From the NCBI RefSeq assembly GCF_009914755.1, contig NC_060925.1: 64,000 bases of DNA; one strand, given 5' to 3'. A program made the translations under genes and the position numbers. This DNA is from the human T2T-CHM13v2.0 reference genome, Homo sapiens. Positions 1 to 19,257 of this stretch are shown here, piece by piece. Under the pieces are notes generated by a model, which did no database searches, was not told the DNA's origin, and saw only the letters and a program-made list of their open reading frames with translations. How positions within the stretch are numbered: the first letter of the stretch is position 1; each line of letters starts with the position of its first letter.

Positions 1-499
1 ATGTAGCGAGACCCTGTCTCTACAAAAGATTAAAAAAAAAAATTAGCCAGGCATGGTGGCATATGTCTGTTGTCCTAGCTAGGTGGGAGGTTGAGGTAGG
101 AGGATTGCTTGAGCCCAAAAGGTCATGGCTGCAGTGAGCCATGATCATGCCACTGCACTCCAGGCTGAGAGACAAAGCAAAACCCTCTCTCAAAACAAAA
201 ACAACAAAAACAAAACAAAAAAGAAAAACAAAAACTAATTAAATAATACCTCCCACTGGAGAAAGCAAGTCTGAGTACCACAAAGGCAAAATACTAGACT
301 CTATAATACAGTCCGAACTTGGTTTACACTTTACAACTTTTCCAAAAATATCCATGATCTGTATATAGAAGGCCCTAGAAAAGTAATCTAGAACTTAGGA
401 TCAGTCTCCTCTCTGTCTTTGACACTAATGTGAGTGAAGATCACAACGTGGTATAATAGAAAGAGCAAAGCTTTAAAATTCTGTTCAAACACTTATTAG

Positions 500-652
<153 letters not shown>

Positions 653-1011
653 TGAGTAGTTCAGATTACAGGTGCCCACCACCACACCTGGCTAATTTTT
701 GTATTTTTAGTAGGGATGGGGTTCCACCATGTTGGCTAGGATGGTCTCAATCTCTTGACCTCCTGATCTGCCCGCCTCGGCCTCCCAAAGTGCTGGGATT
801 ACAGGCGTGAGCCACTGCACCCAGCAAGCCTGTTTCTTTACTCATTAAAAAACAACAAAAAACAAAACAAAACAAAAACACAGAGAAGATAATAAAAGAT
901 CTCACTTTACAAAAAGAAGTGAATGAAATTCAATATAAAATGGGGCCACAGGAGTTAGAGACCAGCCTAGCAACATAGCAAGACCCCATCTCTATAAAAA
1001 ATTAAAAATTA

Positions 1012-1339
<328 letters not shown>

Positions 1340-1845
1340 TCAATCAATCAAATTAAATTAAATTAAATGGAGCCGGGCGTGGTGGTATGCACCTGTTGTC
1401 CCAGCTACTCAGGAGGCCAAGGCAGGAGGATCACTTGAGCCCAGGAGTTTGAGGATGCCTGGGCAACATAGTGAATGAGAACCCATTTCTAAAAAAATAA
1501 ATGAGGCCGGGCACAGTGGCTCAAGCCTGTAATCTCGACACTTTGGGAGGGCTGATGCGGGCAGATCACCTGAGGTCAGGAGCTTCAGACCAGCCTGGCC
1601 AACACAGTGAAACCCCGTCTATACTAAAAATACAAAAAATTAGCCAGGCGTGGTAGCAGGCGCGTATAATCTCAGCTACTCGGGAGGCTGAGGCAGAAGA
1701 ATCGCTTGAACCCAGGAGGTGGAGGTTGCAGTGAGCTGAGATCACACACTCCAGCCTGAGCAACAGAGCGAGACTCTGTCTCAAAAATAAATAAATAAAT
1801 AATAAATGAAAATAAAATAAAAAAGCTATATGTAAAAGTAACCTA

Positions 1846-2175
<330 letters not shown>

Positions 2176-2602
2176 TTAAGTGACTAAAGAAACCTGAGAA
2201 ACAAGTCCAATCAAAGTGACCTAATCAAGTGTTTGCAAACTCTGGAAGGAAAATAAAAGTACGATTTGTTAAAAGAAGGAATTGATTTAAATAGGTCTAG
2301 AAGTGAGAACATATGAGAAAAAAAGTGTCAGTGTTTCCCATCCACTAAGCTGGGCTTTATGCTGTGCCATTTAGCAATTACACATATTCTCTCCCTAAAA
2401 AATCAACAAATTGGGAATCAGATTTAACAATTAAAATCAACTTTATTTTGTTAAGTTTCTGGTCCTTCCAAGCCCTTAGACATCCCACAAAACTCAATCT
2501 GCAAGTGGCCCTCTGATTTATGTTTCCATCTGTTTCCTTGCTCATTGAATTCAATGAAGAATATAACTTTAACTCGGTACTTAAAAGACTTTCAAAACTT
2601 AC

Positions 2603-2655
2603 CCAATTGATCGTAATTTGAAATTTCTTTGATCAATGCTAAGTACTTTCACTTC
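2603..2655 (-). CDS. ZBTB8OS: Archease exon 5 (EVKVLSIDQRNFKLRSIG)
   Basis: ttcctgtctag|GAA...ATTGG|gtaagt; 53 nt. Confidence 0.95.
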
Positions 2656-3101
2656 CTAGACAGGAAGAAAAATTTTTTAATTAAAAAAAGTTCATAATAG
2701 ACTATCTACTAAAAATCTTTTTGTTCTGTTTTGTTTTTTTGGACCATCTACTAAAAATTGGTAAAACCTTTTTTTTTTTTTTTTTTTTTTTTTTTGAGAT
2801 GGAGCCTTACTCCATCGCCCAGGCTGGAGTACAGTGGCGTGATCTCGGCTCACTGCAACCTCCACCTCCCAGGTTCAAGCAATTCTCCTGTCTCAACCTG
2901 CTGAGCATCTGGGACTACAGGCGCCTGCCACCACGCCCGGCCAATCAATTTTTTTTGTATTTTTAGTAGAGACGGGGTTTCACCTTATTGGTCAGACTGG
3001 TCTCGAACTCCTGACCTCAGGTGATCCACCTGCCTCGGCTTCCCAAAGTGCTGGGATTACAGGCGTAAGCCACCGCGCCTGGCCTTTACAACCTTTTCTA
3101 G

Positions 3102-3436
<335 letters not shown>

Positions 3437-3533
3437 TAAGTTTTTTCTTACATATTCAAGGGAGGTATTCTAGAAAAATGTAAGATCTAAAAATATGAGT
3501 CAAAAGAATTTCTCTGCAAGATATATGGTAGAG

Positions 3534-3622
3534 AACTACTCTGGGCACACAGGGGCAGTACCTCTGCCGCTGCTGTACACTGCCACTTCAATAAAAGCTG
3601 TTGTTTAACGCTGGGGGAAAAC
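3534..3622 (+). mobile_element. Short ERV1-LTR-like 3' fragment with AATAAA, flanked by a 15-bp TSD
   Basis: agatatatggt(a/g)gag at 3519-3533 and 3623-3637; the insert resembles the R region of LTR9/MER52-type LTRs. Confidence 0.6.
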
Positions 3623-4420
3623 AGATATATGGTGGAGGAGGACGACATAGGATTTCAATCACTCTGAGCCTAATAAACTACTGGTAGGCACTTGAATTCT
3701 GTAGGATGAGTGACTCAGTTGATAGAATGAGTATAAGTAGTGAAGCTGGTAAAGCAGAGAATGGAGGAATTATAAAAGCAGAGAGTGCCATCTCTATTAA
3801 ATAACAATGACATTGCAGATGTGTTCCCTTCTAAAGGATGACAGCAGCAAGCAATCTCCATTTGGCTTTTCCTTTTTTCATGTTAAGGAAAACTAAAAGC
3901 TGCAGTTGTTTAACTTAGGCCAATGTGACAGGGCTACTAAATTTCATGGAACAAAAGGAAAAAATGGATGGACATAAATATAGCTCAAACTTGGGAAACA
4001 TAAAAAGTGTGGATGAGGCTGCGTGCAATGCTCACACCTGTAATCCCAGCACTTTGCAAAATTGAGGCAGGAGGATTGCCGGAAGCTAGGAGTTCAAGAC
4101 TAGCCTCGACAACATAGCAACACCCTGTCTCTATCAAAAACAAAAACAGAAAAAAATGTGGATGAAAACTGTAGGTACATTTTTATCACACAATCCTGAT
4201 TAGTGACAAATACATGAGATCTAAATACGAAATGTTCCCACATAGGCAAATGCAGGTTAACCAGGAAGTGCCCGTGGTCATTATAATCTCTGCAAATCAG
4301 TATCATCTTATTTGTATGGATTGGTTTTGTTTCACATGTCCTATTTTAAATCATCTGTTCTATTTTAAAATATGAACTAAGAATCCATTTGCTCAGTAAA
4401 AAAGAAAAACCTTTGCTTAC

Positions 4421-4503
4421 CCGGGGTATGAAGAATTCATCAGCACTGAACTTATAAAGCCATTCATCCAAAAAGTGAAACAGAAGAGACTGTAAGTCAT
4501 CTC
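4421..4503 (-). CDS. ZBTB8OS: Archease exon 4 (GDDLQSLLFHFLDEWLYKFSADEFFIPR)
   Basis: gtgtag|GA...CGG|gtaagc; 83 nt. Confidence 0.96.
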
Positions 4504-4726
4504 CTACACAAGATCAAATAGTATATTTAATAATTCTGGTCTCTAAAAACATACTTGAATTTAAAAGTGCAATAAATAAATGTCTTAGGTCAGTTTAAAG
4601 AGAAAGAAAAGACTCATCCTTAATTTTCTGGTTCTTTTTGTGAAAATATACTCAGATTATGTAGAATACTGCACAATTCTATACAGTACTGTATAACAAT
4701 TTCTTCCTTGTGAATAAATCATTTAC

Positions 4727-4848
4727 CTTGGGTTTCTACTTCTACTGTTTGGAGGGGCTCCACTGTCCCAGTATCTGTCATGTAACCAAACATGGCCATT
4801 GCACATTGCTCAAATGCTTCCTCCAGAGTATCTCCCCATGCGTGTAAC
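4727..4848 (-). CDS. ZBTB8OS: Archease exon 3 (LHAWGDTLEEAFEQCAMAMFGYMTDTGTVEPLQTVEVETQ)
   Basis: ctttag|G...CAAG|gtaaat; 122 nt, open frame. Confidence 0.96.
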
Positions 4849-5015
4849 CTAAAGAAGTATATTCATGCTCTGTGTAATACAATCCACTGCAAGAAAGAAA
4901 ATTTGATAGCAGGCAAAGTCAAAATAAATTCAGTATGATAAATACAAATTTTAAGGCCTCAATCAATTTAACAGCACTGCAACCAGGTGCTTTTCTTTTT
5001 ATTATTTATTTATGA

Positions 5016-5237
<222 letters not shown>

Positions 5238-5543
5238 TGATCCGTCCGCCTCAGCCTCCCAAAGTGCTGGGATTACAGGCGTTGAGCCACCACACCCGGC
5301 CTTATTTTTATTTTTTATTTTTTGAGATGGGGTCTCTCTGTCACCCAGGCTGGGGTGCAGTGGTGCAATCTCGGCTCACTGAGCCACTGAACCCTGCAAA
5401 ACTGAGTGCTTTCAAACCATCATTTTCATATTGTGAAGGAACCAAAATGAGAGGAGAAAAATTAAAGATAGGGATACCAAGATTGAAACATTCAGTCTTC
5501 CTACTGACGTGGTTTCAAAGGAATGAACTCCCGCTATACTCAC

Positions 5544-5568
5544 TGGACATCTGCTGTATGATCCAAAT
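5544..5568 (-). CDS. ZBTB8OS: Archease exon 2, 25-nt microexon (YLDHTADVQ)
   Basis: ccctcag|ATTTGGATCATACAGCAGATGTCCA|gtgagt; phases match exons 1 and 3. Confidence 0.95.
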
Positions 5569-6049
5569 CTGAGGGACAGAGGGAAAAACACTTATAAGAC
5601 ACTAAACTTGACTCTCAAATCACACACACAAAATAACTCTAGTCCATTATTATTAGGAATATCATCTTTAAAGAGCAAGAAAATGTGGGCCAGTCCATCC
5701 ACACCTTTTGCTATCTATTCACTCAACAAAGCTAATTGCTTTGCTTTGTTGGAATCTTTTTTTTTTTGCGGGGACAGAGAGCCAAGATCGCGCCACTGCA
5801 CTCCAGCCTGGGCAACAGAGCAAGACTCCATCTCAAAAATAAATAAATAAATAAATAAAATTCCAGGTTTCTGTCTCACCTTTTCTTTTACAGTGAACCT
5901 AATCCTAGATAAAATCAATTTAGAAAATAAACTCCACAATATATGAGCTTTTTCCTGATATTCCCACAGGAAAACCAGAAAGTAACAAACGGTACTATAG
6001 CACATTCCCATTGGATCTCTCCTCTCAACATTCTTCATCCATATCATGA

Positions 6050-6175
<126 letters not shown>

Positions 6176-6445
6176 TAGCTGGGATTACAGGCGCACACCA
6201 CCACACCCAGCTAATTTTTGTATTTTTAGTAGAGATGGGGTTTCACCATGTTGGCCAGACTGCTCTTGAACTCTTGACCTCAGGTGATCCGCCCACCTAG
6301 GCCTCCCAAAGTGCTGGGATCACAGACAGGCGTGAGCCACTGCGCCTGGCCCACAACATGACTTTCATCAATTCTTCCCACTTAGGATCATAGAATATTA
6401 GGGCTGGAAGGAATTCCTGGAGATCATGAATATGATTCCTTCACT

Positions 6446-7166
6446 TGGAACTGCCTTTGCAAAATTATAACTAAGGAAATTATGACAGTGAAAGAAATCG
6501 GACCTAACTGACTCCATCTTACTTCTAACCTGTAAATTGTCCTTGTTCATTTCTGGTGGGCCCAACTAACTTTGAGAAGGAATTCAGTTCATGGTTAGAC
6601 TCTGAAACAAGATTAGTAACAGCCCTTTCCCGAAAAGACCCCCTTCTTGCCTGGGGACCAACCAGTCTGTCTTTCTGGGATTAACAAATTAGCTACAAGA
6701 TTAGAAATTAGAGTTTAAGGGTCATGTAGCCTCTAGCTCTAACAGTCTGAACCTCCCCAAATTGCTCTCGTGGATAACATCACTATTGTAAAACCTAAGA
6801 TCAGTACTTGAGATATTTTGCAGACCCTGCACTCAGCTGACACCACCCAGACTCGTTATCTGGCTCAACCAGTTTTGCCATCCCACCCAGGAAGAGAAGA
6901 CAGCAAGAAAAACTCACTTCAATCCCCTGTGATTCCATCTCCAACCTGACCAATCAGTAGTATCCACTTCCCAAGCCCCTACCAGCCAAATTGTCTTTAA
7001 AAACTCTGATCCCCAAATGCTCAGGGAGACTGATTTGAGTAATAAAACTCCGGTCTCAAGCACAACCAGCTCTGCGTAAATTAGTCTTTTTCCACTGCAA
7101 TTCCCCCATCTTGATGAATCGGCTTTGTCTGGGCAGCAGGCAAAGTTAACCCATTGGGCGGTTACA
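6446..7166 (+). mobile_element. Solo LTR8 (ERV1)
   Basis: TG..ACTGCCTTTGCAAAATTATAACT start and CCCATTGGGCGGTTACA end match the LTR8 consensus as I recall it; about 720 bp. Confidence 0.85.
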
Positions 7167-7504
7167 CTTATAAGAAAAACTTGAGTCTGGGCGCAGTTGC
7201 TCACGCCTGTAATCCCAGCACTTCGGGAGGCCGAGGCAGGTGGATCACAAGGTCAGGAGATAGAGACCATCCTGGCCAACATGATGAAAGCTTGTCTCTA
7301 CTAAAAACACAAAAACTTAGCTGGGCGTGGTGGCGCACACCTGTAAACCCATCTACTCAGGAGGCTGAGGCAGGAGAATAGCTTGAACCCAGGAGACGGA
7401 GGTTGCAGTGAGCCAAGATCGCGCCACTGCATTCCAGCCTGGGCAACAAGAGCAAAACTCAAAAAATGGAAAAAAAAAAAAAAGGTGGGGGGGAAGAAGA
7501 GGGT

Positions 7505-8024
7505 CAGGTCCCTAGGATGACCCTAACCCTCTGTCCGTCGTAGAAATGCCTGCCTGAGAAAGAGCATCATGGCCAGGAGAATATGTTTGTTCTAGCAAAC
7601 ACCTTATGTAGGCCCCCAAATTTCCTTTCTTAGAGCAGGTACTAAAAAGAGCTTACAAATGTGAATATCCATCTCTTACTACTTAGAAGTGTCTTTCTCT
7701 AAAACCCAAGAGCCATTCCATTGAAATGTAATCAACGGGAAGGATGGGCCTTTGTCTGTCTTCCAGCCTCTGTGGGAGGAAAGAATTCTAATTTCCACAC
7801 TGTCAGCTGTCAGACACAGCTAGACTAATCACATTTACACTGATCAACTCTTTGTACTTTTTCACTTCTCTGACTCTACTAAGTCCCCCTCACTCCTCTC
7901 CCTTTAAAATGCCCAGTCATCCCCACACAAATCAGAATGGAGCTCAGCTCTTTTCCCACAGTAGTTATTAAATAAAACCTGTTTTCACTGCTCTGAGTAA
8001 CGTCGAGTTGTATTTACCTTTCAC
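7505..8024 (+). mobile_element. Old ERV1 LTR fragment (MER34/MER39-like)
   Basis: LTR-like composition, AATAAA near 7971, ends ...CTTTCACA; family call tentative. Confidence 0.5.
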
Positions 8025-8029
8025 ACACG

Positions 8030-8600
<571 letters not shown>

Positions 8601-8799
8601 CAGGTAAAATATATAATTTTTTTTTGAGACAGAGTCTCTCGCTCTGTAGCCCCGGCTGGAGTGCAGTGGAGTGATCTTGGCTCACTGCAACCTCTGCCTC
8701 CCAGGTTCAAGTGATTCTCCCACCTCAACCTCCTGAGTACCTGGGATCACAGGAGTCCACCACCATGCCTGGCTAATTTTTTGTATTTTTTAAGTATAG

Positions 8800-8928
<129 letters not shown>

Positions 8929-9469
8929 TAAAAAAAAATCAATTTAAAAGACAGTGACACACTGCTATAGGGCAGTGGTTCTCAAATTTTGGAGTCTCCA
9001 GAATTCTTTTTTTTTTTTTTTTTTTTTTTGAGACAGAGCCTCGCTGCAACTTCCACCTCCCAGGTTCAAGTGATTCTCCTGCCTTAGCCTCCTAAGTAGC
9101 TGGGATTACAGGCATGCGCCACCATGCCCAGCTAATTTTTGTATTTTTAGTAGAGACGGGGTTTCACCATGTTGGCCAGGATGGTCTTGATCTCTTGACC
9201 TTGTAATCCGCCCACCTCAGCCTCCCAAAAGCTGGGATTACAGGCGTGAGCCACTGCGACCAGCCCAGAATTCTTTATTCTCCTAAAAATTATTGAAGAC
9301 CCCAAAGAGCTTTTGTTAATATGGGTTATATCTGTCAATGACCATACTGCAAATTTTAAGTGAAAAGATTTTAAAATACGTATTAATTCATTTAAAAATA
9401 ACAATAGGCTGGGTGTGGTGGCTCACAACTGTAATCTCAGCAGTTTGGGAGGCCAAGGTGGGTAGTTCA

Positions 9470-9712
<243 letters not shown>

Positions 9713-9763
9713 TCATTCCATTTTATTGAACATAAATTGAGTATTTTTATCTTTTTGCTTTTA

Positions 9764-10109
<346 letters not shown>

Positions 10110-10726
10110 CTATGTTGCCCAGGCTGGAGTGCAGTGGCTAGTCACAGGCACGACCATAGTACAATATATCCTAGTATTCCTGGGCTCAAGTGCTTACCAC
10201 CATCCTGGCCTTGCATATTTTTATGAAAAAGTAACTATATTGTTAAAAGATTTAACTGGTCATGGTGGCTCATTCCTGTAACCCCAGCAACTGAAGAGGC
10301 TGAGGCAGGAGGACAGCATGAGGTCAGGAGTTCAAGACTAGCCTGGACAACATAGTGTGACTCCATCTCTTAAAAAGTTTTTAAAAAACCAGGCGTGGTA
10401 GTGCATGCCTGTAGTCCCAGCTACTTGGGAGGCTGAGATGGGGAGGACTGCTTGACCCTAGGAGCTTGGGCTGCAGTGAGCTAAGAGTGCAGTGAGCTGC
10501 ATTCCAGTGTGGGCAACAGAGTAAGGTCCCAACTCTAAAAAAAAATAAAAGTTATTAATTAAAAAAAATTTAGTGAAGACTGGCACTGTTTTACATTTTT
10601 TCAAATATTTTAAATGTCTGGCAATATAGTCATTTACTTGGAGTGCATAAATAAAATCCAACCTCACAAATATGCAGAAGGAAAATACAGGAGCATTTTA
10701 ATAGCTTTTTCAAATAATTGTGGCTA

Positions 10727-10828
10727 GGCTGGTCCAAGTGCAGTGATGTTTACAATTAATTCATCATAACCAGTTATACATTTCTTTGTTCCTTCTCCAC
10801 TCCCACTGCTTTACTTAACTAGCCTTTT
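10727..10828 (+). pseudogene. Y3 RNA (RNY3-like) retropseudogene
   Basis: GGCTGGTCCAAGTGCAGTGATGTTTACAATTAATT...CACTCCCACTGCTTTACTTAACTAGCCTTTT, then a short A tail; degenerate TSD aataattgtggcta / aaaaattatggata. Confidence 0.93.
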
Positions 10829-10845
10829 AAAAAAATTATGGATAA

Positions 10846-11220
<375 letters not shown>

Positions 11221-11968
11221 TAACCATCACAATGAACTTACCATATTGTAAAATTAAAATCCATTGATCTATTATGCACTTAGAATGAATCTTTTTGTTT
11301 TCTTTTTTGAGACGGAGTCTCACTCCGTCATCCAGGCTGAAGTGCAGTGGCACAATCACAGCTCACTACAGCTTAGACCTCCAAGGTCCAAGTGATACTT
11401 CTGCCTCAAGTCTCCCAGGTGGTAAGGACTACAGACACGCACCACCACACCTAGTTAATGTTTTGTAAGAGACAGGGTTTTGCCACGTTGCCCAGGCTGG
11501 TCTCGAACTTATGGGCTCAAGCCATCTGTCCCCCTTGGCCTCCCAAAGTGCTGAGATTAAGCTCATCAGGCCTGAAAATTTTAACTGGACTTGAATTTTA
11601 CCATTATCAACAAATATTGTCAGCTATTTTCCTTGATGTGACAGATCACTGTTCACTTTCAAGGGTGTGGAGGCCCACACCTGTAATCCCAACACTTTGG
11701 GAGGCCGAGGTGGGCCGATCACCTGAGGTCAGGAGTTCAAGACCAGCCTGGCCAACACGGTGAAACCCTGTCTCTACTAAAAATACAAAAAAAAAAAAAA
11801 AAAAAAAATTAGCTGGGCATGGTGGTGGGGCCTGTAATCCCAGCTAATCGGGAGGCCGAGGCAGAATAATCCCTTGAACCTAGAAGGTGGAGGTTGCAGT
11901 AAGCCGAGATCGTGCCACTGCTCTCCAGCCTGGGGAATACAGCAAGCCAAATACTGAAGTCTGAATAA

Positions 11969-12337
<369 letters not shown>

Positions 12338-12510
12338 TGAGCCACCGTGCCCGGCCAATTATTGTTCTTTTCCACAAGTAATCAACACTTAACATGCCAC
12401 AAAAGTACTTTATACAGGCCGGGCACGGTGGCTCACGCCTGTAATCCCAGCACTTTGGGAGGCCGAGGCGGGCGGATCACGAGATCAGCAGATCGAGACC
12501 ATTCTGGCTA

Positions 12511-14188
<1,678 letters not shown>

Positions 14189-14224
14189 ATTAAAAAGGCA
14201 CCTATTCAGAATATTAAAAGTTAA

Positions 14225-14536
<312 letters not shown>

Positions 14537-14798
14537 TGAGCCACCGGCGCCTGGCCAAAACAAAATTTTTTTTTTTCAAATGGAGTCTCCTCTGTCGTCC
14601 AGGCTGGAGTGCAATGGTCCAATTTTAGCTCACTGCAACCTCCGCCTCCCAGATTCAAGGGATTCTCCTGCTCTCAGCCTCCGGAGTAGCTGGGATTACA
14701 GTCACGCGCCACCACGCACGGCTAATTTTTGTATTTTCAGTAGAGACAGAGTTTCACCATGTTGGCCAGGCTGGTCTCAAACCCTTGACCTCAGGTGA

Positions 14799-15163
<365 letters not shown>

Positions 15164-15307
15164 TAGTTCTTGTTTTAGTTTTTGTTTTTTTTTCTTTAAA
15201 GAGATGGGTTCTCACTGTCTACCGAGGTGGAGTACAGTGGCACAATCATGGCTCACAGCAGCCTTGACCTCCTGGGCTCAAGAGATCCCTCCTGCCTCAG
15301 CCTCTAG

Positions 15308-15563
<256 letters not shown>

Positions 15564-15697
15564 TGAGCCACCATGCCTGGCCCCAGCTAATTTTTTTTAC
15601 TTTTTTTTTTTCTTTTTCTATTAAAAAGATGGGGGTCTCACTAGGTTGCACAGGTTGCTCAAACTCCTAGCTTCAAGTGATCCTTCCACCTTGGCCT

Positions 15698-16253
15698 TGT
15701 TGTACCCAAGCGAGTTAGAAAAACGCCACACTTTGAGACAAATTAAGAGTCTTTTATTAGCCGGCGACCTAGAGACGGCTAATGCTCAAAATTCTCTCGG
15801 CCCCAAGGAAGGGGCTTGATTAACTTTTATACCTTGGTTTAGGAAGGGGAGGGGGGGTCTAGTTAAAACAATTTTACGGAAGTAAAGTAGTCAAAAAGTT
15901 AAAAGGACAAATGGTTACAGGAAAGTAAACAGTTCCAGGTGCAGGGGCTTTAAGACTATTACAAGGTGATAGATCCGGGGCTTTGGGCGTTTATCAATCG
16001 GACGAATTCCTGGGAACTGCGGATATAGCTTGCCACAGTATCTTATCAGTTAATTGCATTCTTGGATGTGCTAGGAGTCAGCTTGCACAAGTTAAGTCCT
16101 TGAGGAAGGGGCTGCCAGTGAAAGAGCCAAGATGGAGTCTCTCTGGCTCTCTTAGCTAAGGTAGAGTCAATTCAGGTGGAAACAAGACTAGGTGATTAAG
16201 GGAAAAGGGAGAGTCTAAAAACAGAGTTAGTAAATACCAGGTTGGGCATTACA
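15698..16253 (-). mobile_element. Solo LTR6 (LTR6A/B, HERV-S71/HERV-T) inserted inside an Alu
   Basis: Minus strand TGTAATGCCCAACC...GGGTACAACA, 556 bp; perfect TSD GCCT; the Alu resumes exactly on the far side. Confidence 0.88.
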
Positions 16254-16706
16254 GCCTCCCAAAGTGTTGGGATTATAGGTGTGAGCCACTGCTTCTATCC
16301 TAAGAATGTTCTTTTCTTTTTCCTTTTTTTTTTTTTTTTTTGGAGTCAGGGACTCTGTCACCCAGGCCGGGAGTATAGTGGCATGATGATAACCCACTGC
16401 AACCTTGAACGCCTGAGCTCAAACAATCCTTCTGGCTCAGCTTCCCCAGTAGGTGCGACTACAGGACTACACACACATGCCACCACACCCAGCTTTTTTT
16501 TTTTTTTTTTTTTTTGTAGAGATGTGTTTCACTGTGTTGCCCAGACTAATCTGGAAATCCTGGGTTCAAGAAATCCTCCGGCTTAGGCCTCCCAAAGTGT
16601 TAGGATTATAGGCACGAGCCACCTCACCCAGGTGTTTAATTTACTACTACGCACTTAAAATTAAAAATAATATAATAATAAAAAGGCAGCCAGACACGGT
16701 GGCTCA

Positions 16707-16978
<272 letters not shown>

Positions 16979-18146
16979 TCATTTTCATTCAAGAATGTCC
17001 TTAGGGCTAGGTGCAGTAGCTCACACCTGTAATCCCAGCACTTTGGGAGGCCAAGGCAGGACGATTGCTTAAGGCCAGGATTTCAAGATCAGCCTAGGCA
17101 ACACGACAAGACCCCATCTCTATAAAAAATAACATAATTAGCTAGGTGTAGTAGCCAGGCATAGACAGTAGTCCCATCTACTCAGGAGGCTGAGGTGGGA
17201 GAACAGCTTGAGCCTAGGAGCTCAAGCTTGCAGTGAGCCATGACAGCGCCACTATACTCCAGCCTGGGAGACAGAGGGAGACCCTTTCTAGCATACAGTT
17301 TGGTGCTGCTGTCTCAATTTGTACTAAAGGGCCAAGAGATTTTGTTTTTGCTTTTTCTTTCACAGACAGAGTCTTGCTATGTAGCCCAGGATGGAGTGCA
17401 GTGGGGGCAATTATAGCTCCAAAAGATAGAGCCCAGCCTTACTCTGTAGCCCAGGATAGAGTGCAGTGGTACAATTATAGCTCCAAAAGACCAAGCCGAG
17501 TCTCAAACTCCTGGGTTCAAGTGATGCTCCCACCTCAGCCTCTGGAGTAGCTGGGACTACAGGCTGGGGCCAGTTTTACCAACCACTGATTTTGTACCAC
17601 CAGTACAAATATCAACACAGTGAAAACAATAACACCTCAGTATTATTATGAAAATAGTTTTGACATCACAGACCCTCTGGAAGGATATAGGGAACCCCAG
17701 GAATACAGAGATTACATTTTGAGAACTATTATACTACTTATACAAGTGTACTCAGTTTCTGAAAATTCACTTATGACACGGGCACTCTTCTATAAGTACA
17801 TCATACTTCAATAAAAGATGTATTTTGGCTGGGTGCAGTGCCTCACGTCTGTACTCCCAGCACTTTGGCAGGCCAAGGCAGACAGATCATCTGAGGTCAG
17901 GAATTCGAGACCAGCCTGGCCAACATGGTGAAACTCCATCACTACTAAAAATGAAAAATTAGCTGGGTATGGTGGTGCACGCCTGTAATCCCAGCTACTC
18001 AAGAGGCTGAGGTTGGAGGATCACTTGAGTCCAGGAGGCAGAGGTTGTAGTGAGTCAAAGTCGCACCACTGCACTACTCCAGCTTGGGTGACAGAACGAG
18101 ACTGTCTCAGGGAAAAAAAAAAAGATTTTTTTTTCTTGGTATCTAA

Positions 18147-18413
<267 letters not shown>

Positions 18414-18829
18414 TGATCCGCCGGCCAAAAGTTCTATTTTCAAATGTATAAAAAAAAAATTAGGAAAATTATTTTAAAATCTCAGTGGACAAGGCATTCC
18501 CTGAGTATGACTTCTTATCTTAGAAGCCATAAAAAAAAGGGTTGGCCGGGAGTGGTGGCTCATGCCTGTAACCCCAGCACTTTGGGAGGCTCAGGTGGGC
18601 GGATCACTTGAGGTCAGGAGTTCAAGACCATCCTGGCCAGCATGGTGAAACCCTGTCTCTACTAAAAAAAAAACACAAAAATTAGCCGGGTGTGGTGGTG
18701 GGCACCTGTAATCCCAGCCATACGGAAGGCTGAGGCAAGAGAATCACTTGAACCCAGGAGGCGGAGGTTGCTGTGAGCTGAGATGGTGCCACTGCACTCC
18801 AGCCTGGGAGACAGAGCAAGATACTGTCT

Positions 18830-18867
<38 letters not shown>

Positions 18868-19257
18868 CCAGGCGTGGTGGCTTACGCCTGTAATCCCAGC
18901 ACTTCGGAGGCCGAGGCGGGCGGATCACCTGAGATTGGAAGTTCGAGATTGGAAGTTCGAGACCACCCTGACCAACATGGAGAAACCCCGTCTCTACTAA
19001 AAATACAAAATTAGCCAGGCACGGTGGTGCATACCTGTAATCCCAGCTACTCTGTCTCAAAAAAAAAAAAATTAGCCAGGTGTGGTGGTGCATGTCTGTA
19101 GTCCCAGCTACTCAGGAGGCTGAGGCAGAAGAATTACTTGAACCTGGGAGGCAGAGGTTGCAGTGACTGGAGATCATGCCACTGTACTCCAACCTGGATG
19201 ACAAAGCGAGACTCTGTCTCAAAAAAAAAAAAAAAGAAAAGAAAGAAAGGGTCAATG

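Noticed and set aside
4680-4695. 16-bp perfect palindrome TATACAGTACTGTATA in ZBTB8OS intron 3
   Set aside because: Single short AT-rich palindrome with no supporting context.
17380-17490. About 47-bp tandem duplication in an Alu; also a 14-bp duplication near 18931-18962
   Set aside because: Ordinary slippage in decaying Alus.
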